From: Eledone cirrhosa | Lineage: Eukaryota | Reading direction: 5' to 3' | NCBI GenBank assembly: GCA_964016885.1 | Contig: OZ024740.1 | Coordinates: forward strand, 132,618,001-132,682,000 | DNA length: 64,000 bases | Part shown: piece after piece, positions 43,548 to 60,827 of the stretch | Numbering within the stretch: the stretch's first letter is position 1 | Layout: every line of letters starts with the position of its first letter | Notes under the pieces: model-generated | Told to the model about the DNA's origin: nothing | Seen by the model: the letters and a program-made list of their open reading frames with translations, nothing else | The model's database searches: none | Program-made: the position numbers and the translations under genes

Positions 43548-43649
43548 ATATTTGGGGAGGGTCATATTTGCGTAATATTGCCAGAATTAATAACAGAACA
43601 CACTCACTGTTTGGTTGGTTTTCGCTTCTCGATATACATATATATATAC

Positions 43650-43691
<42 letters not shown>

Positions 43692-43704
43692 GTATATATA
43701 TACG

Positions 43705-43768
<64 letters not shown>

Positions 43769-43773
43769 CATAG

Positions 43774-43808
<35 letters not shown>

Positions 43809-43827
43809 CATAGATATATATATATAC

Positions 43828-43860
<33 letters not shown>

Positions 43861-43881
43861 CATAGATATATATATATATAC

Positions 43882-43970
<89 letters not shown>

Positions 43971-44149
43971 TATACATATGCATATATATATATACATATA
44001 TATACATATACATATGCATATATATATATACATATATATACATATACATATGCATATATATATACATATATATATACATATACATATATATATATACATA
44101 TATATATACATATACATATATATATACATATATATATATATACATATAC

Positions 44150-44180
<31 letters not shown>

Positions 44181-44223
44181 CATATACATATATATATATA
44201 TACATATATATATTTTTATATAC

Positions 44224-44302
<79 letters not shown>

Positions 44303-44320
44303 CATATATATACATATATA
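41820..44320. repeat. 2.5-kb degenerate (TA)n tract with a unique ~90-bp island at 43542-43632
   Basis: Seen directly in the sequence. Confidence 0.97.
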
Positions 44321-44963
44321 GGCTTGGCACTTGTTGGTATAAGACGTGGAATGTCGTCTCTCCGGATTTGAAATTTTAATATTTTAAATCGACAGTAATC
44401 GGATTTATGTATGGTTTTAATTCTTCAGAGGACAAGGAAAACATACAAAAAAGATAAGTTTTTGTGCTTTGACGCAATTATTTTGAAGTATATTTTACAT
44501 ATATTACCGTTTTGAACATGTTTATTTTCACTGTATGATTCATTCATGGGAGACAACACACACACGTGCTTTCTATTTTTGTTTCATACAGAGCATTTTG
44601 GTTTAGCTTAAGCAATTTTGTATTAATTTTGATATTTCTGAGTGACATAATTTAATTTGATATAATCTTGTTTGATTTTGTATAATCTTATCTGTATTTG
44701 ACCCGATTTCGTTGTTTCTTGTATGATATGCTGATATTACAATAACTCCGTATATTTGTAAACAGACATTTACATCGTGTTTCTATATCTCTGTTTCCGG
44801 TTTCTCCCATTCATTAATTTAAATTTAGATTTAAAAATTTATTTTTATATTTATGAACTGCAGTTGCTCACGCTCTCACGCTGTCTCTATCTCTCTCCTT
44901 CCTCTCTCTCTCTCCCCCTCTCGATCAACGAGCTCTCTTTCTCCCTCTCTCTAGATCAACGAG

Positions 44964-44999
<36 letters not shown>

Positions 45000-45211
45000 T
45001 CTCTCTCTCCCTCTGACCCCCCCCCCCCCCCACTCTTCCCGCTATCTCTCTCGCTCCCCTCTTCTGTCTCCCCCTTTTCTTTTCTTTTCTTTTCTTCTGT
45101 TTCTCTTTTTCTCTCGCTGGAGTTATATCTCTATCTCCCTCCCTCACTCTGTCCCTCTCTAACCTCTACTCTACACCTCCCACTGTCCCTCTTTCTCCCC
45201 TCCACAGCGAA

Positions 45212-46174
45212 ATGGACTGCATGCAGGAAAAATGGGAAAAATGTGAAATCAGGAGTCAGCGAAACTGGTCGAAGATTGAACTAGCGGTTTTGATCAAGGG
45301 GTGGACTATGGCTGATGGGTCTTCACCAAGCAAAAAGATGGCGGAGAACCTGAAGAGCCATGGGTTTATGAGGACCCTGGTACAGATAGAGAGAAAGAGA
45401 AAAGAAATTGAGAAGGCGTATGTCCTCATAGCGCCTCATATGGCGATGCTAAGCCGTGTCCTCAGGGAGGAGAAAACCGAAGGGAGGGATGAGGAGAAGG
45501 AGAGGGAAAAGGAAGAGGAAAAGGAAAGGGAAAAAGAAAAGGAGGAGAGCACAAGCACGGACCTGAAAGAAAATGATATACCCTCCGCTACAGGCAGGGA
45601 GGGCAGGCCGGGCAACCAACAAGCTAAGGGCAAAGGTGAAAAGCGAAATCACCTTCCGAAGGAGAACCAAGCGCAGAGGGACCAGTGGACAACTGTTCAA
45701 AGAAAGAACAGAAAGCACCGAGACACTGGGAGCAAAAAACACCAAGTAATGTGCAAGTTTTTCAAGAACGGGACATGCTGGTATGGAGAGACAGGGATGG
45801 GATGCAGATTCGCCCACCCTAGGTCTCAAACGAACTATGCCCATCATACTCGCGCAACATGCCCCAGCCAAAGCCGAAATAAGCCGCTCCAGAAGTATGC
45901 TGATGTCGCGCGTGCTGCACCAACAAGGAGAAGGCACGCACATGCCGACGAGATACAGATGGCAGCAGCAGATCAGAAAAATTTTTTAGTGATGGCCGAG
46001 AAGATTGTGGGACAGCTGACCTGGCTGCATCGTCTCCAGAGCCAGGGTCATCCACACCAGCACTCGAGACCACCGCAGTTAAGGGACCCAGAGTGGCCGC
46101 CGCTGACACCAGACCAGGTGTCATACCGACAGCCATTACTGGCACCCCAAAAGTCACACCAGTGCTGCTGCTGA
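45212..46174 (+). CDS. LINE ORF1 (Myb/SANT-like N-terminus, E/K-rich coiled coil, CCCH zinc finger)
   Basis: 320-aa ORF; WSKIELAVLIKGW..MAENL...GFMRT..QI and CKFFKNGTCWYG..CRFAHP. Confidence 0.8.
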   Translation: MDCMQEKWEKCEIRSQRNWSKIELAVLIKGWTMADGSSPSKKMAENLKSHGFMRTLVQIERKRKEIEKAYVLIAPHMAMLSRVLREEKTEGRDEEKEREKEEEKEREKEKEESTSTDLKENDIPSATGREGRPGNQQAKGKGEKRNHLPKENQAQRDQWTTVQRKNRKHRDTGSKKHQVMCKFFKNGTCWYGETGMGCRFAHPRSQTNYAHHTRATCPSQSRNKPLQKYADVARAAPTRRRHAHADEIQMAAADQKNFLVMAEKIVGQLTWLHRLQSQGHPHQHSRPPQLRDPEWPPLTPDQVSYRQPLLAPQKSHQCCC

Positions 46175-49134
46175 ATGTCAGGGGCCTGGTGAAACTCAGC
46201 AACATGAGTAAAATTTCCTACCTGGGAGACTTAGCCATAAGCAATCAAGCACTATGCATGGCACTAACCGAAACGCACCTGACAAGCAGTATAGCAGATG
46301 CAGAAATACATATACCGAAATATACTGTATTTCGTTCGGACAGGAAGGAGAGAACTCATGGTGGGGTTGCTCTGTATATCCGTGAAGATGTCACACCAAT
46401 TGTTCTGTTGACACATTCAAACTCAGTCTGTGACACACTGATAATACATATGAAGCAACTACAGACGGTAATATGTGTCACATATCGGCCGCCCGATGCC
46501 CCCAGTCATGAGGGTAAATTTGAGGATAGCCTAAGTAGGATAGAAGAGGTCCTTGACAAACTGGACCAGGGTCTCAACATCCTACTGCTGGGAGACTTCA
46601 ACCTACCAAAGGTCAAATGGCCTGAGGGCCACCTCCTCCCTGGAATGACGTCAATAGAACAGAGACAGACGGAATCCCTGCTGGCCCTCACACACAGGCT
46701 GTTCATGGAGCAAGCAATACTCCTCCCAACAAGAGGCGAAAATGTCCTGGACCTCTGTTTTACAAACAACGAAGTGCTCATCCACAATGTAAAGGTGACA
46801 CCAACAATTCTCTCGGATCATAACTTGGTAGAGCTAATGATATGTGGTCCAAGAGAACCAACAGAGACAAAACCACCAAGAAGCTCCGGGACGCTATCCA
46901 GCCTTAACTTCTACGGGGCTGACTGGAAGAAGATTAAGAGTGAAATCCGGAAGCAAACATGGAGTGCAAACATCGCCACACAAGACACTAACACACAATT
47001 TCAACACTTCATGACAACGATACACACCATATGCAAAAAGTGTGTCCCGGAGAAAGAGGCAAACAGACACAAAAATCTTATTCCCAGAGATAGGAAAATC
47101 CTTATGAGACGTAGAACTAAACTCTCAAACCAGTTGAATAGTCAACAAAACCAAAACAAGAAGGAATCCTATTTGAAACGTGCACTACTTGACACCGAGA
47201 TTGCACTCAAGCTTTCACATGAGAATGAGAGGGCAAGGAAAGAGAACAGGGCCATAGAAAACATTAAAACAAACCCTAAGGCCTTCTTTAAATTTGCAAA
47301 AGAAACTGCCTCAGTACACTGCAAGATTGGACCACTCTTCCACACGGACGGTTCATTAACCGAAAATCCCCAAGAGATATGTGAAATACTGAATGAACAG
47401 TACAAAAGTGTCTTCACATGTCCACTGAGGCACATGCAAATAACGAAGCCAGAGGAGTTCTTTGATGCCACAACACTACATCAAGAAATGGCAACCATCA
47501 ACCACATAGACATAACGGAGGAGGATGTGGTGTACGCCATTGATGAAATTAGAACAGACTCGGCTGCTGGACCTGATGGATTCCCAGCAGTTCTCCTAAA
47601 AATATGTAAGCGGGCCTTAGCAACTCCACTGAAGATGCTCTTCAGAAGCTCCTTGGCTAGCGGTGTACTACCCAGGGAGCTGAAAGAAGGCACAATATGC
47701 CCTATCCATAAAGGAGGTAGTAGAGCGGAGGCCAAGAACTATAGGCCAGTCTCCCTGACGTAGCATATCAGTAAGGTCATGGAGCGAGTCGTCAGAAAGA
47801 AACTAATCACTTTCCTCGAAGAAAATGACCGCCTGACTAGCACGCAACATGGCTTCCGCCCAGGAAGAAGCTGCCTTACACAGCTGCTACATCACTACGA
47901 CTGGGTACTGAGACAGCTACTAGACAGCTCACATGTAGACGTGATATATCTTGACTTTGCGAAGGCCTTTGACAAGGTCGACCACGGAATGATATGTCAC
48001 AAACTACACGGACTCGGCATAACTGGAAAAGTAGGTGAGTGGCTGCATGGCTTCCTGAGGGACAGAAGCCAGGCAGTCGCAGCAAATGGGGCTCTCTCGA
48101 GGGAAACACCGATAACAAGTGGGGTGCCTCAGGGGACAGTCCTGGGACCACTACTGTTTTTGGTGGCTCTCTCGGACATGCCCTCTGTGGTGCATGCAAC
48201 AACATCCCTCACTAGCTATGCTGATGACACTAAGGTAGCACAGGCAATCAAAAACCCGGCTGACACTGCCCTCTTACAGCAGGATCTGGATGCCATATAC
48301 AGATGGGCGGAAGAAAACAACATGCAGTTTAATGCTGGCAAATTCCAAGCCCTACAATACAAACCTGCAAACACAAACACAAATATAGCGGAACACAGCT
48401 ACACAGGACCAGGAGGGACCGATATCCCCGTGTCAAAATCGATACGAGACCTGGGCATAGACATGAGCGATGATGCATCTTTTTCTTCACACATCATGAA
48501 GGTGGCGACAGCATGTAGACGATTCGCTGGCTGGATCTTGAGGACTTTCCTTACAAGAGATCGAGACACCATGTTGACACTGTGGAGGACTTTTGTCCTA
48601 AGCCGCCTGGACTACTGCTCCCAGCTGTGGTCACCCCATAGTGTCAAACTAACCACAGAGCTTGAGGCAATCCAGCGAAGCTACACCAAGAGGATTGCCA
48701 AGATGAGGGAGACAAGCTACTGGGAGAGGCTGAAGGAACTGAACCTCTACTCCTTGGAGCGAAGACGGGAGAGATACGCAGTGATCTACATGTGGAAAAT
48801 CCTGGAGGGACTAGCACCAAACTTTGGCATTGGGAGCTGGACCAACCGTCGAACAGGACGTCACTGTGTGGTGCCAAAGGTCCCGTCTTCCACATCTAGA
48901 ATAAGGAGCAGGTATTGCAATAGCCTGGGATTCAAGGGCCCTCAACTCTTCAACAGGCTGCCGAGGCATCTGCGAGACTTGCATGACGTGGAGGTGGATG
49001 TCTTTAAGAAACATCTCGACACCTTGTTATCCAGGATCCCGGATGAGCCCACAGCAAGACATGAGGGAAACCTAAGGGCAGCAGCAACAAACTCCCTCCT
49101 ACACCAGTGGCCAACCTATACAGGCTGGAGATAA
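46093..49134 (+). CDS. LINE ORF2: APE endonuclease + reverse transcriptase, interrupted by one in-frame TAG at 47761-47763
   Basis: NVRGL, LTETHL, GGVALY, YRPP, GDFN, LDL, SDH; [43 protein letters not shown]. Confidence 0.93.
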
Positions 49135-49212
49135 AGTGTGTAGCAGCAAGGGCGGTGCCCCAGCATGGCCTCAGCCGGATGGCTGAAACAGGTAAAAGAG
49201 TAAAAGAGTAAA

Positions 49213-51300
<2,088 letters not shown>

Positions 51301-51335
51301 ATATATATATATAGATATATTTATATATATATATT

Positions 51336-51499
<164 letters not shown>

Positions 51500-51522
51500 C
51501 ACATATATATATATATATATAT

Positions 51523-51570
<48 letters not shown>

Positions 51571-51573
51571 GTA

Positions 51574-51629
<56 letters not shown>

Positions 51630-51653
51630 CATATATACATATATATATATATA

Positions 51654-52262
51654 TGGTGACTGCCAACTCGTTTTCGAGTACGGCCACTACTTTATATCCA
51701 TGTAGGAGAACCCCTACCGATGCGCTGAACGAGTGTGACTTTTTAGTCCAGCCAGCGACTTGAAAACTCTGGTACAAACACTACACTTGTGACAATTACT
51801 GACACATAGTGCAGGGCCCATGGTACCATGTGACGACAAGTGCAGAGAGATCTCCAGATATAAAGCAATGCCTGTGCCGTGAAGCTTTTATAGTGAGCAA
51901 AGGCACTGCACAAAGCCAGTCCCACTCTCTTAACCAAGATGATATTTACCAAAAAGAAGAACAAGTCAACATCATTGGATACCATCAGGGTTGCAGGTGT
52001 TATATCAGAGTTTTCCTTCTCCTAGAATTCTGCCTTGACAAAGGCTAAGGGGTCATCTCTCCCGGTGATTTTGGATGGCCATTGACTCTTAAGAGCTCCT
52101 TTGCCCTTTGACAGGTTTTGTTTTTAGTCCTGCAGGATGTCCAAAGTCACCCTCCTCACCAAGAAACCTTGGTGGGGTTGCCAGTTTAGTCGCCAACGAC
52201 CCGACCATGGGACAGGTTGTACTGGGATACATGTTACCAGTAGCACCAACTGGTGACCTGAC
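51654..52262 (-). mobile_element. RTE-like LINE 5' UTR fragment between (TA)n tracts
   Basis: AGGAGAAGGAAAACTCTGA motif recalled as typical of RTE 5' UTRs; homology with 29775-29900. Confidence 0.5.
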
Positions 52263-52265
52263 ATA

Positions 52266-53047
<782 letters not shown>

Positions 53048-54164
53048 TGTTAAATCCCGACCGCGGTGCCAAACGGTTTCGAGATTTTACCTATCTCCAT
53101 ACCCACTCTAACCTCCCCATGTATCAAATACTCATATGATTTGTGGTCTCTAGGTCTCAGCACCACAGACTCTCTCTATATCTCACTCTCTCCCTCTCTC
53201 TATCTATCTATCCCTCCTCTCTCTCTCTCCCCATATATATATATATATATTTTTTTTTTATTTTTATTTATATACACATACCATACGTTGTATATACTTG
53301 TATGTGGCATTAATTTCTGAGGTCAATTGGTTAAACAGACGATGTAAATTAAAAATTAATATACTCAGTGAAGTGGGTGTAAAATATTTCAAAGAAAATA
53401 GAAGCGATATGTTATTTTTTATTACATTTTATTTTTTACTATATTTTAGTCCACGTATATAATAACGATATGCTGCATAAACTTTAGTTTTATCGTGGTA
53501 ATTTAAGAAGAAATAAAAAGCACAAAGTGAAATATGTTATTTGATAATGTTTGCATGTACTTTTATAGTCCGGAACCTTAATTTTTCAGCCTCTCTTCCT
53601 CTTTATTGTTCATATGTAGAATATTTTGAAATACCTTATCCAATAAACCCTTCTTTTGAAATGGCGGTAGTGTGAAATTTGAGAGAAATCTGTTTGCTTT
53701 ATGTATAGGCTCGCTTGATTACATAAATAATGCAATTATGGGTTGCGTGGGTGTTATTTCGTGGGTTAAGGTGGAGTTATTAAAACTCGATGTATATTGC
53801 GATTGTAGGAAAATGTGTTGTTCGATGTTTCAGCATATTCTAAAGTCATATAATTGTATTCCATTTTGGGGATTATATATATTTTGTATAATATATCATT
53901 TATTTGGTATTTTTCACTTTTTTTCTAATAAAGTATCGACACCAGTGTCGGGCCCGGTCATTAACTGTTGTACCTTCAGCTGTCTGATCGCGAAACGCGC
54001 GAATAAATATATTGTTATATTGCTACTTCATTCCTGCCAGTGTAGCTAATAAAGTAACTATTATTATCCTTATTATTATTTGAAACTTCGTTTGAATTCT
54101 GCTTCTTTCGCAAATCAGGCCGAGTGTCAACATGACACCAGAGGCAATTTTTTTTAATACCAAT

Positions 54165-55100
54165 ATTTCATCCTTACAGTGTCGATAAAATAAAGCACCA
54201 GTAACTCAGAGGGATGGTTTAATCGACTTTTCAAAATGCCCAAATTGCTGGGCATTTGCCTATAATAAATATTATTATTGAGGACGGTGAATTGGCAGTA
54301 TCGGTAGAGGGGCGGGCATTTTTTCCAGCATAGTTACGTCCCTATACGAACTGAGTTCAAATCCCGCCGTGGTTAACTTTGCCTTTCATCCTTACGGGGT
54401 CGATAAAATAAAGTTAACAGTCACGCACTGGGGTCGATTTAATCGACTTTCCCCTCCCCCAAAACCACTGGCCTTGTGCCTATATAAGATATCATTATTG
54501 AGGACGGTGAATTGGCAGTATCGGTAGAGGGTCGTGCATGTTTTCCAACATAGTTACGTCCCTTTACGATCTGAGTTAAAATCCCGCATAGGTTAACTTT
54601 GCCTTTCATCCTTACCGGGTCGATAAAATAAAGCACCAGTAACATACTGGGGTCGATTTAATCAACTTTCCCTTCCCCCAAAATTACTGGCCTTGTGCTT
54701 ATACTAGAAACCATTAATATTGAGGACGGTGAATTGGCAGTATCGATAGAGGGTCGGGCATGTTTTCCAGCATAGTTACGTCCCTTTACGATCTGAGATC
54801 AAATCCCGCAGAGGTTTATTTTGCCTTTCATCCTTACGGGGTCAATGAAATAAAGTTCCAGTAATGTGCCAAAAGTAGAAACAATTATTATTGAGGACCG
54901 TGGATTGGCAGTATGGGTAGAACGTCGGACACCATGTTTCGCAGCCTAGAGTTACGACCCTTTGCGTTCTGAGTTCAAATCCCTGCAGGTTTAGCTTTGC
55001 TTTTCCTCCATTCGGTCTCGATAACATAAAGTACAAGTCACACACTGGGGTTGATTTAATCGACTTTCCCTCGTCAAAAATTGCTGCGTTGGTGCACAAA
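54165..55100 (+). mobile_element. Head-to-tail array of about 4.5 SINEs
   Basis: GAGGAC(G/C)GTG(A/G)ATTGGCAGTAT heads at about 54279, 54500, 54722 and 54893. Confidence 0.9.
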
Positions 55101-55339
55101 TCATACATCATTATTACTTTTTGTAGGTGGGTACGCGTTCACATCGGCTGCAGAAGGTTGGTTATTTTGTGATGAAAAAAAAAAATGGAATTTATTAAAT
55201 ATTTTTTTCACGAATCTGTATATAAGAATCCATCCATTGGCCTGAGTAAAAGCGACCGTATTATATAGGGGCTTTGGGCCCCAATATTTGAACTTTGTTT
55301 GTTTTTTTCTTTTCTTTAAACAACATGGCATAACCATGT

Positions 55340-58300
55340 CCTACACATTGGAGTCAGCCGTGGTGTGACAGCGGCTTAAACGTTAAGAGGAAAAGCACCG
55401 TCATCAACAGTACCACCGCTATGGATAATCTAGCTACTAACAGTGCAACAGACAACAACTGCAATAACGACATCAACAAAGATATTAACAACATCATCTC
55501 GGTGCTGTTTCAGTCACGGGCACTCGCTATGAAACACACAGTGAGACCTTACAAAACCAACAATTTCATTATGAACCCTCCCCACATGCGGAAAAGAACA
55601 GTTCGAGTCCGCCTTCCCAGAATTCTACATGGATTAGACATGTGGTGTCGCCTGTGATGTGTGATTGAAGGGAGTACAGAGGAAGTCCCGATAGAGGCAA
55701 CAGGGTTGATTTAGAGATACCTCTCCAAATCAGGTCTGAAGACCTAAATAAAATTCTCGACCACGTCCGTGTCCAAAATGGGACGCTACTGCAAATAATG
55801 ACTGACGGCAGAAGGCGGCACTGTTTCGTCTGCGGAGAAACATGTTTGCCAGTTCTCTGTTCTCGGATCCTATATTCAAGAGGTCGCAATCCTACACTGC
55901 TGCCGGCGCTGGGGTGGAGACGACCACCGACAACCACCCCTGTAACAGTATCAACAGCAACACCAGCGGAAACACCATTACCAACGATAACTCACTCCTC
56001 CTTTACGAAAATACACATTAACACAAATATAAACACAATTCAAGACACAGTTGTGAAAACGAAGTAAAACTACAAAAAGCAAAATAAAAACAAAAAAAAG
56101 CAGAAGAGGAGGCACAGAAAAACAAAAAAAAAGCAGAAGAGGAGGCACAGAAAAACAAATGTTTCCCATCACACATTCCTACAACAAAAATTACAGACAC
56201 CAAACAAACACAACAAACACACACATATTCAAAACAACACCATATCCACTACAATCAACAAAACACAATCGAGTAGAACCGCAACAACAACCAAACTCAC
56301 AAAACGTCATGCTTATAAGAATGATGAACGAAGAAATGATGGGCCTCATTGCACGAAGACAATACACCTAAAATGATGGAAGATATTTGGAACAAGCAAA
56401 TTTTCCGTGCCGGAAGGTTGGTTTCTGGTACGAATGTCACTTGACACCTACAGAGGGATTAGGGAGATCTTTCCTCGTGACGTGGGAACTCCGATATATA
56501 AGACCAACAAGCAGCCAGCTTAAGGTGTTCTCCAAAGAAATTCCTCGTAATATGGAGGTGGAACTATCCGACATCCACAAACCCCTGGGAAGGAAGTAGA
56601 CCTTTCCTCTATTATTTTAACCGGTCAACATAGCCATCTTAAGAGAGTGATGTTTGAATTTTCATGGTGTGTGTTTGTCTTGAAAGCAAGTTCACCTGCT
56701 GAACGATCACGGGTCACGAGATATGAATTGGAGTGCTATCAGCCAGACTAAGATTTCCGACAAAGGCCCACTAACCCCCATCTTCGATTACTATCAGATA
56801 ATCGCATCATGTATTCAGCAGGGAATGGAAGGCGGGGTGACAGGGCTCTATAGGATAGGCCTGGATAACGAAGTAAGGTCTTTGACCATGATGGTAAGTT
56901 GGTTGTCCTGGACATGAGAAATAGCACAGGTGATGCCTCCAGAAAGGTGGGCGTATACACTCCGACCGGGGCCGCAAGGCATAATTACTTTAGGCCCCTG
57001 GTAGACTTCCTGGTAATGCCTAACCATGTACATTTAGCGGGGGGGCAGGGACGGTATCTTAGACGTCCGCCGGGATTGTGTGAGAATAGCTGATATGAGT
57101 TGGGGTGCAAAAGCCTCAAGTTCCTGATTAGCCAATTCCAACTGTCTGTCCGGTACGGGTAAAGTTGCTCACGTTTCAGTTCGGACCAGACCTCCAGGTG
57201 CATAACAACTGAGACAATATGGCGATCAGGGTGGCTAGCCTCACCCAGAAATGGGCTGAGAGAAAGCTTTCCCTGAATGGTCGGGTGGATGTGGCGAACG
57301 CGTACATCACGTCCGTAATCTACTACTGCCTGTCCGTCATGCTCTGCTCACGTTCGCTCCTCGCCAAATTGTAACGGCTCAACTTCACCTTCACGTGGAG
57401 GGGAGAGGTTCCGTCTGTGAGATTGTCCATCTGCTGCTAGCACCCTCTACTTGGTTGGCTGGGCATGAAGACGCTAATGATGCACAAACATATGCTTAGG
57501 TAACAGCATCTCCAGATATTCTACCTAAAGGGTGAGGAGGTGTGGTTGCCGTTTGTCAGACAGGCCTATCCGCAGCACTTCTCTTTGACTGAGATGTAGT
57601 CCCGGGTCATAAAAAGACAGAGAATGTTGCCAGACACTCACTGTCTCTACCAGGTAGGCAATGGGATCAGGGGAATTTCCACTCTCGAGGTTTCGAATTC
57701 TAAAGAGGATTAATGGTGGCAAGTGCAACCACGGTCTCGGAGATATTCTAGGCGTCTACTAGACGAATTTCGAAATCCTCCTTTTGGCACTGCTACCGCA
57801 GAGACCTGCCGGTTCGAGATAAGCCCTATGGGGACGGTAGTGCTGTCATACGGAGCTGTCCGAGATACGCACCGAGCGAAGAAACTGTTTTACACGCACT
57901 CGTCCAATGCCGTGTATTGCTGACTGATGGAGTTATGTCGAACAGTTGTTATCGCGTGTTGGACAAATCCGACTATCACCCGTGTCCACAGTGAAGGTAG
58001 CTCCGCCGCCCTCTTTTGGCCAGGAAGAACAGGCAGTTTTTCTCTGTCTGATAGCCATAGCGGAAGGGATTATGTGGTGGTGTTGTGTGGTGGACGCGAC
58101 TGAAAGTTCTGAAAACAGACTCTTTCCCTTTCGGCCAATCCCTCATCAACTTGTTCAAGTTCCACTTGGAAACGAAGTGGTGAGAGTAATGCTACAACCC
58201 AGAACATTGCTTAAAAGGTGGGTGATTACTGCGGGGATGGCCCGTGTGAATGGTCCCTCTCTGAACATGCGCCTGTTGCTGGAAATATTGAAGGAGCGAG

Positions 58301-58520
58301 GGGTTCTCTCCTTGGATGCTCTTGGAGATGAGGGTTGGTTGGGATTTGTGGGTTACTCCTGGGTAGCTATGACCCATGGGGGTATTCTGTTGTCCATTTG
58401 TTGTTAATTGTTTTTGTTAATTTCCTTTTTACACGATTATACGTAAACACCCCATTGACCCCGTCTGTTTGCATTGTCGCTGTATGTAGGCCCTTGTGGC
58501 CAATACAGAATTTATTTTTA
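55340..58520 (+). mobile_element. Decayed L1/Tx1-clade LINE (gag-like ORF1 with Zn knuckle; ORF2 remnants)
   Basis: VRVRLPRI, RRHCFVCGE, VANAYITSVIYY.L; T-rich 3' UTR; many stops. Confidence 0.6.
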
Positions 58521-58546
58521 TTATTATTTTAATTTTATAAAAAAAT

Positions 58547-58730
58547 AGTGGATTGGCAGTATCGGTAGAGAGTCGGACGCCATGCTTTGACGCACAGAGA
58601 TACGGCCCTTTCCAATCTGAGTTCAAATCCTGCCGAGGTTAACCTTTCCTTTCATCCTTACGGGGTTGATAAAATAAAGTACCAGTAATGCACTGGATAA
58701 TTGCTGCCCTTGTGCCAAAATTAGAAAAAT
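58547..58730 (+). mobile_element. SINE
   Basis: Head with A/B boxes, core and tail. Confidence 0.88.
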
Positions 58731-60789
58731 TGTTATAAAAAGAAATCAATATTAATTTGTTTCTTTGCACAGTATTATATTCTTGCTTCTCCCACCACTC
58801 TTACTTTGAGAGCCGAAATATTACCATTGATTATACATAGGTTATTCTATCGAGAACCGTAGTAATTTGTAATACAAATAAAGTTTAATAGTATTTTCGC
58901 TTGTACCAAATTAAAGAATGTTATCATCAACGGGGCAACAAGCTTTATTACCCTCGCTTGGACTGTTAGAAAACCTGCCAAATCTCTCTCTCTGTTCACA
59001 GAGTATCTTCTTGTAAATGAAATTGCCATTAAATAATATAATCCTAGATAAATTGTATCTGACAAAAATAAAGTTGAAGGGATGCCTTTTCATCATAGAT
59101 CTTCTGCATCAGGGATGACCTTGATCAATAAAAAAAATAAAAACACTATAGTTTTATCAGTATTTATCAGCACTATAGAGTTATTATTAAGATCACGGAA
59201 AATGTTTACGCATCGTTCCCTTTCTAATGATTTATGATATAGATATTCGTACGTTATGTATAGTCAAGCGTTATCTTTGAATCATTTTCATATTCAACAA
59301 ACCTCGATGTTTAGTTGAATTTCTGAGATTTACGCTGTCTCCAAGAAACTAAATAACATGAATTGAATCATTTCAGTTGATTTATAGGAGAAATGTTTAT
59401 GGAAGAGGTCATGAGATTACATTTTATCAAATAAGTTTATTTCAGCAATTGTATTCGATTTAGCTTGAAACCTCTTATGATTTAAAGGGATAAGTAGAAA
59501 GTTCTTGAGTATTAAAAGCCTTAAAATATTAACTACCTATAACCTACTAGACTACGGCTATTCTGCTTCTCGAATAAATATAAATAATTTTGAAATGATT
59601 TGTTTAGATAATTCTTCTTTCTGTGAAACGTAAACGTGTGCATGGAATACCCCCCCCCCCACACACACACACAATGCTTGTGAGCGTGTGTGTGAGAGAG
59701 AGGGATAGATACACATGTACAAAAACGCAATATATATACATACATACATATATCGATTAATATTCATTCATATATGCACATATGCGTATGTAAATCTTAG
59801 TGCATATATACGTAAATGCAATGCTGATGCTGCTGTTGGCATACTTTGTTTATATGTGTTTTGTTCATACATATTGATATATGAGAAAACTATTTTCAAA
59901 GTATAAACATTGTCACGCAGTAACCGCAGAGGCGATCACTTTGAAAGATTTACTTACACTAAGTTTTGATAAAACAGACCTTTAGAAGGGTTTTATTTAA
60001 TCATATTCGTGTTTGAATAAAGTTAATATTTATTTGGAATTTGGAATTTGCCGCGGGTGTGTATGATTGACTGTTCATATGAACGACTATGTCGTAAATC
60101 GCATTTGTTCTCCACGAAATACACTTAAAATAAATGTTGTGAATTGAATGTCATTTAGTGTCCTTATTCTTCTTTTTAATATAGTTTGTATAAGCACATA
60201 TCTATCTGTTATTGAAAGAATGCAGATCTATGTTGTTTTCACTGAATTTTTCCCATTTCAATATTATTGTTTTTCAGTGCTATTGTCTGGTTCGAATGCT
60301 TTATTGTTGCATACATAGCGGCCAATATTTTTAATAGTATGTTTAAAATATAGGGCAAAATGTATGCAATAAAAAAACAAAAACATGTACCAATTATCCG
60401 AAATTTAAGGAAGCTGAGATAATTATAATAATTATTATTGTCGGAAAAATATCATAAACTAACATGCTTCTCTCTTAAAAGCATTCATGTGAATATGTGC
60501 ATGAAGGGTACATGAATGTCAGAATCTAAGAGAAAAAGTCACAGAAAAATCACAGGAGGAAAAAGCCACAGAAATAAACCTTAACACTAACACGAACTTA
60601 AATATAGGTGTTATTACTTATTTTTCAAAATATATTTATACACATATGTTTTCACTGTTTGTTTCAATAAAATGAATTTATGGCATTTGACACAATTGCC
60701 ACCTTTTCCCTAAACACCCACTAATAAACAAAGATAGAATACAAAAACAAAACAAATACCCCACTGCATTATTGGTACTTTATGAATCG

Positions 60790-60827
<38 letters not shown>

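Larger units (their letters stand above)
44321..49212 (+). mobile_element. Probably full-length CR1/L2-group LINE inserted in (TA)n
   Basis: ~890-bp 5' UTR, ORF1, APE-RT ORF2, 3' hairpin TCAGCC-ggat-GGCTGA and (GTAAAAGA)n tail. Confidence 0.9.

Noticed and set aside
47761-47763. Programmed stop-codon readthrough in LINE ORF2
   Set aside because: The position corresponds to a conserved Ser, so a single TCG>TAG mutation or sequencing error is simpler.
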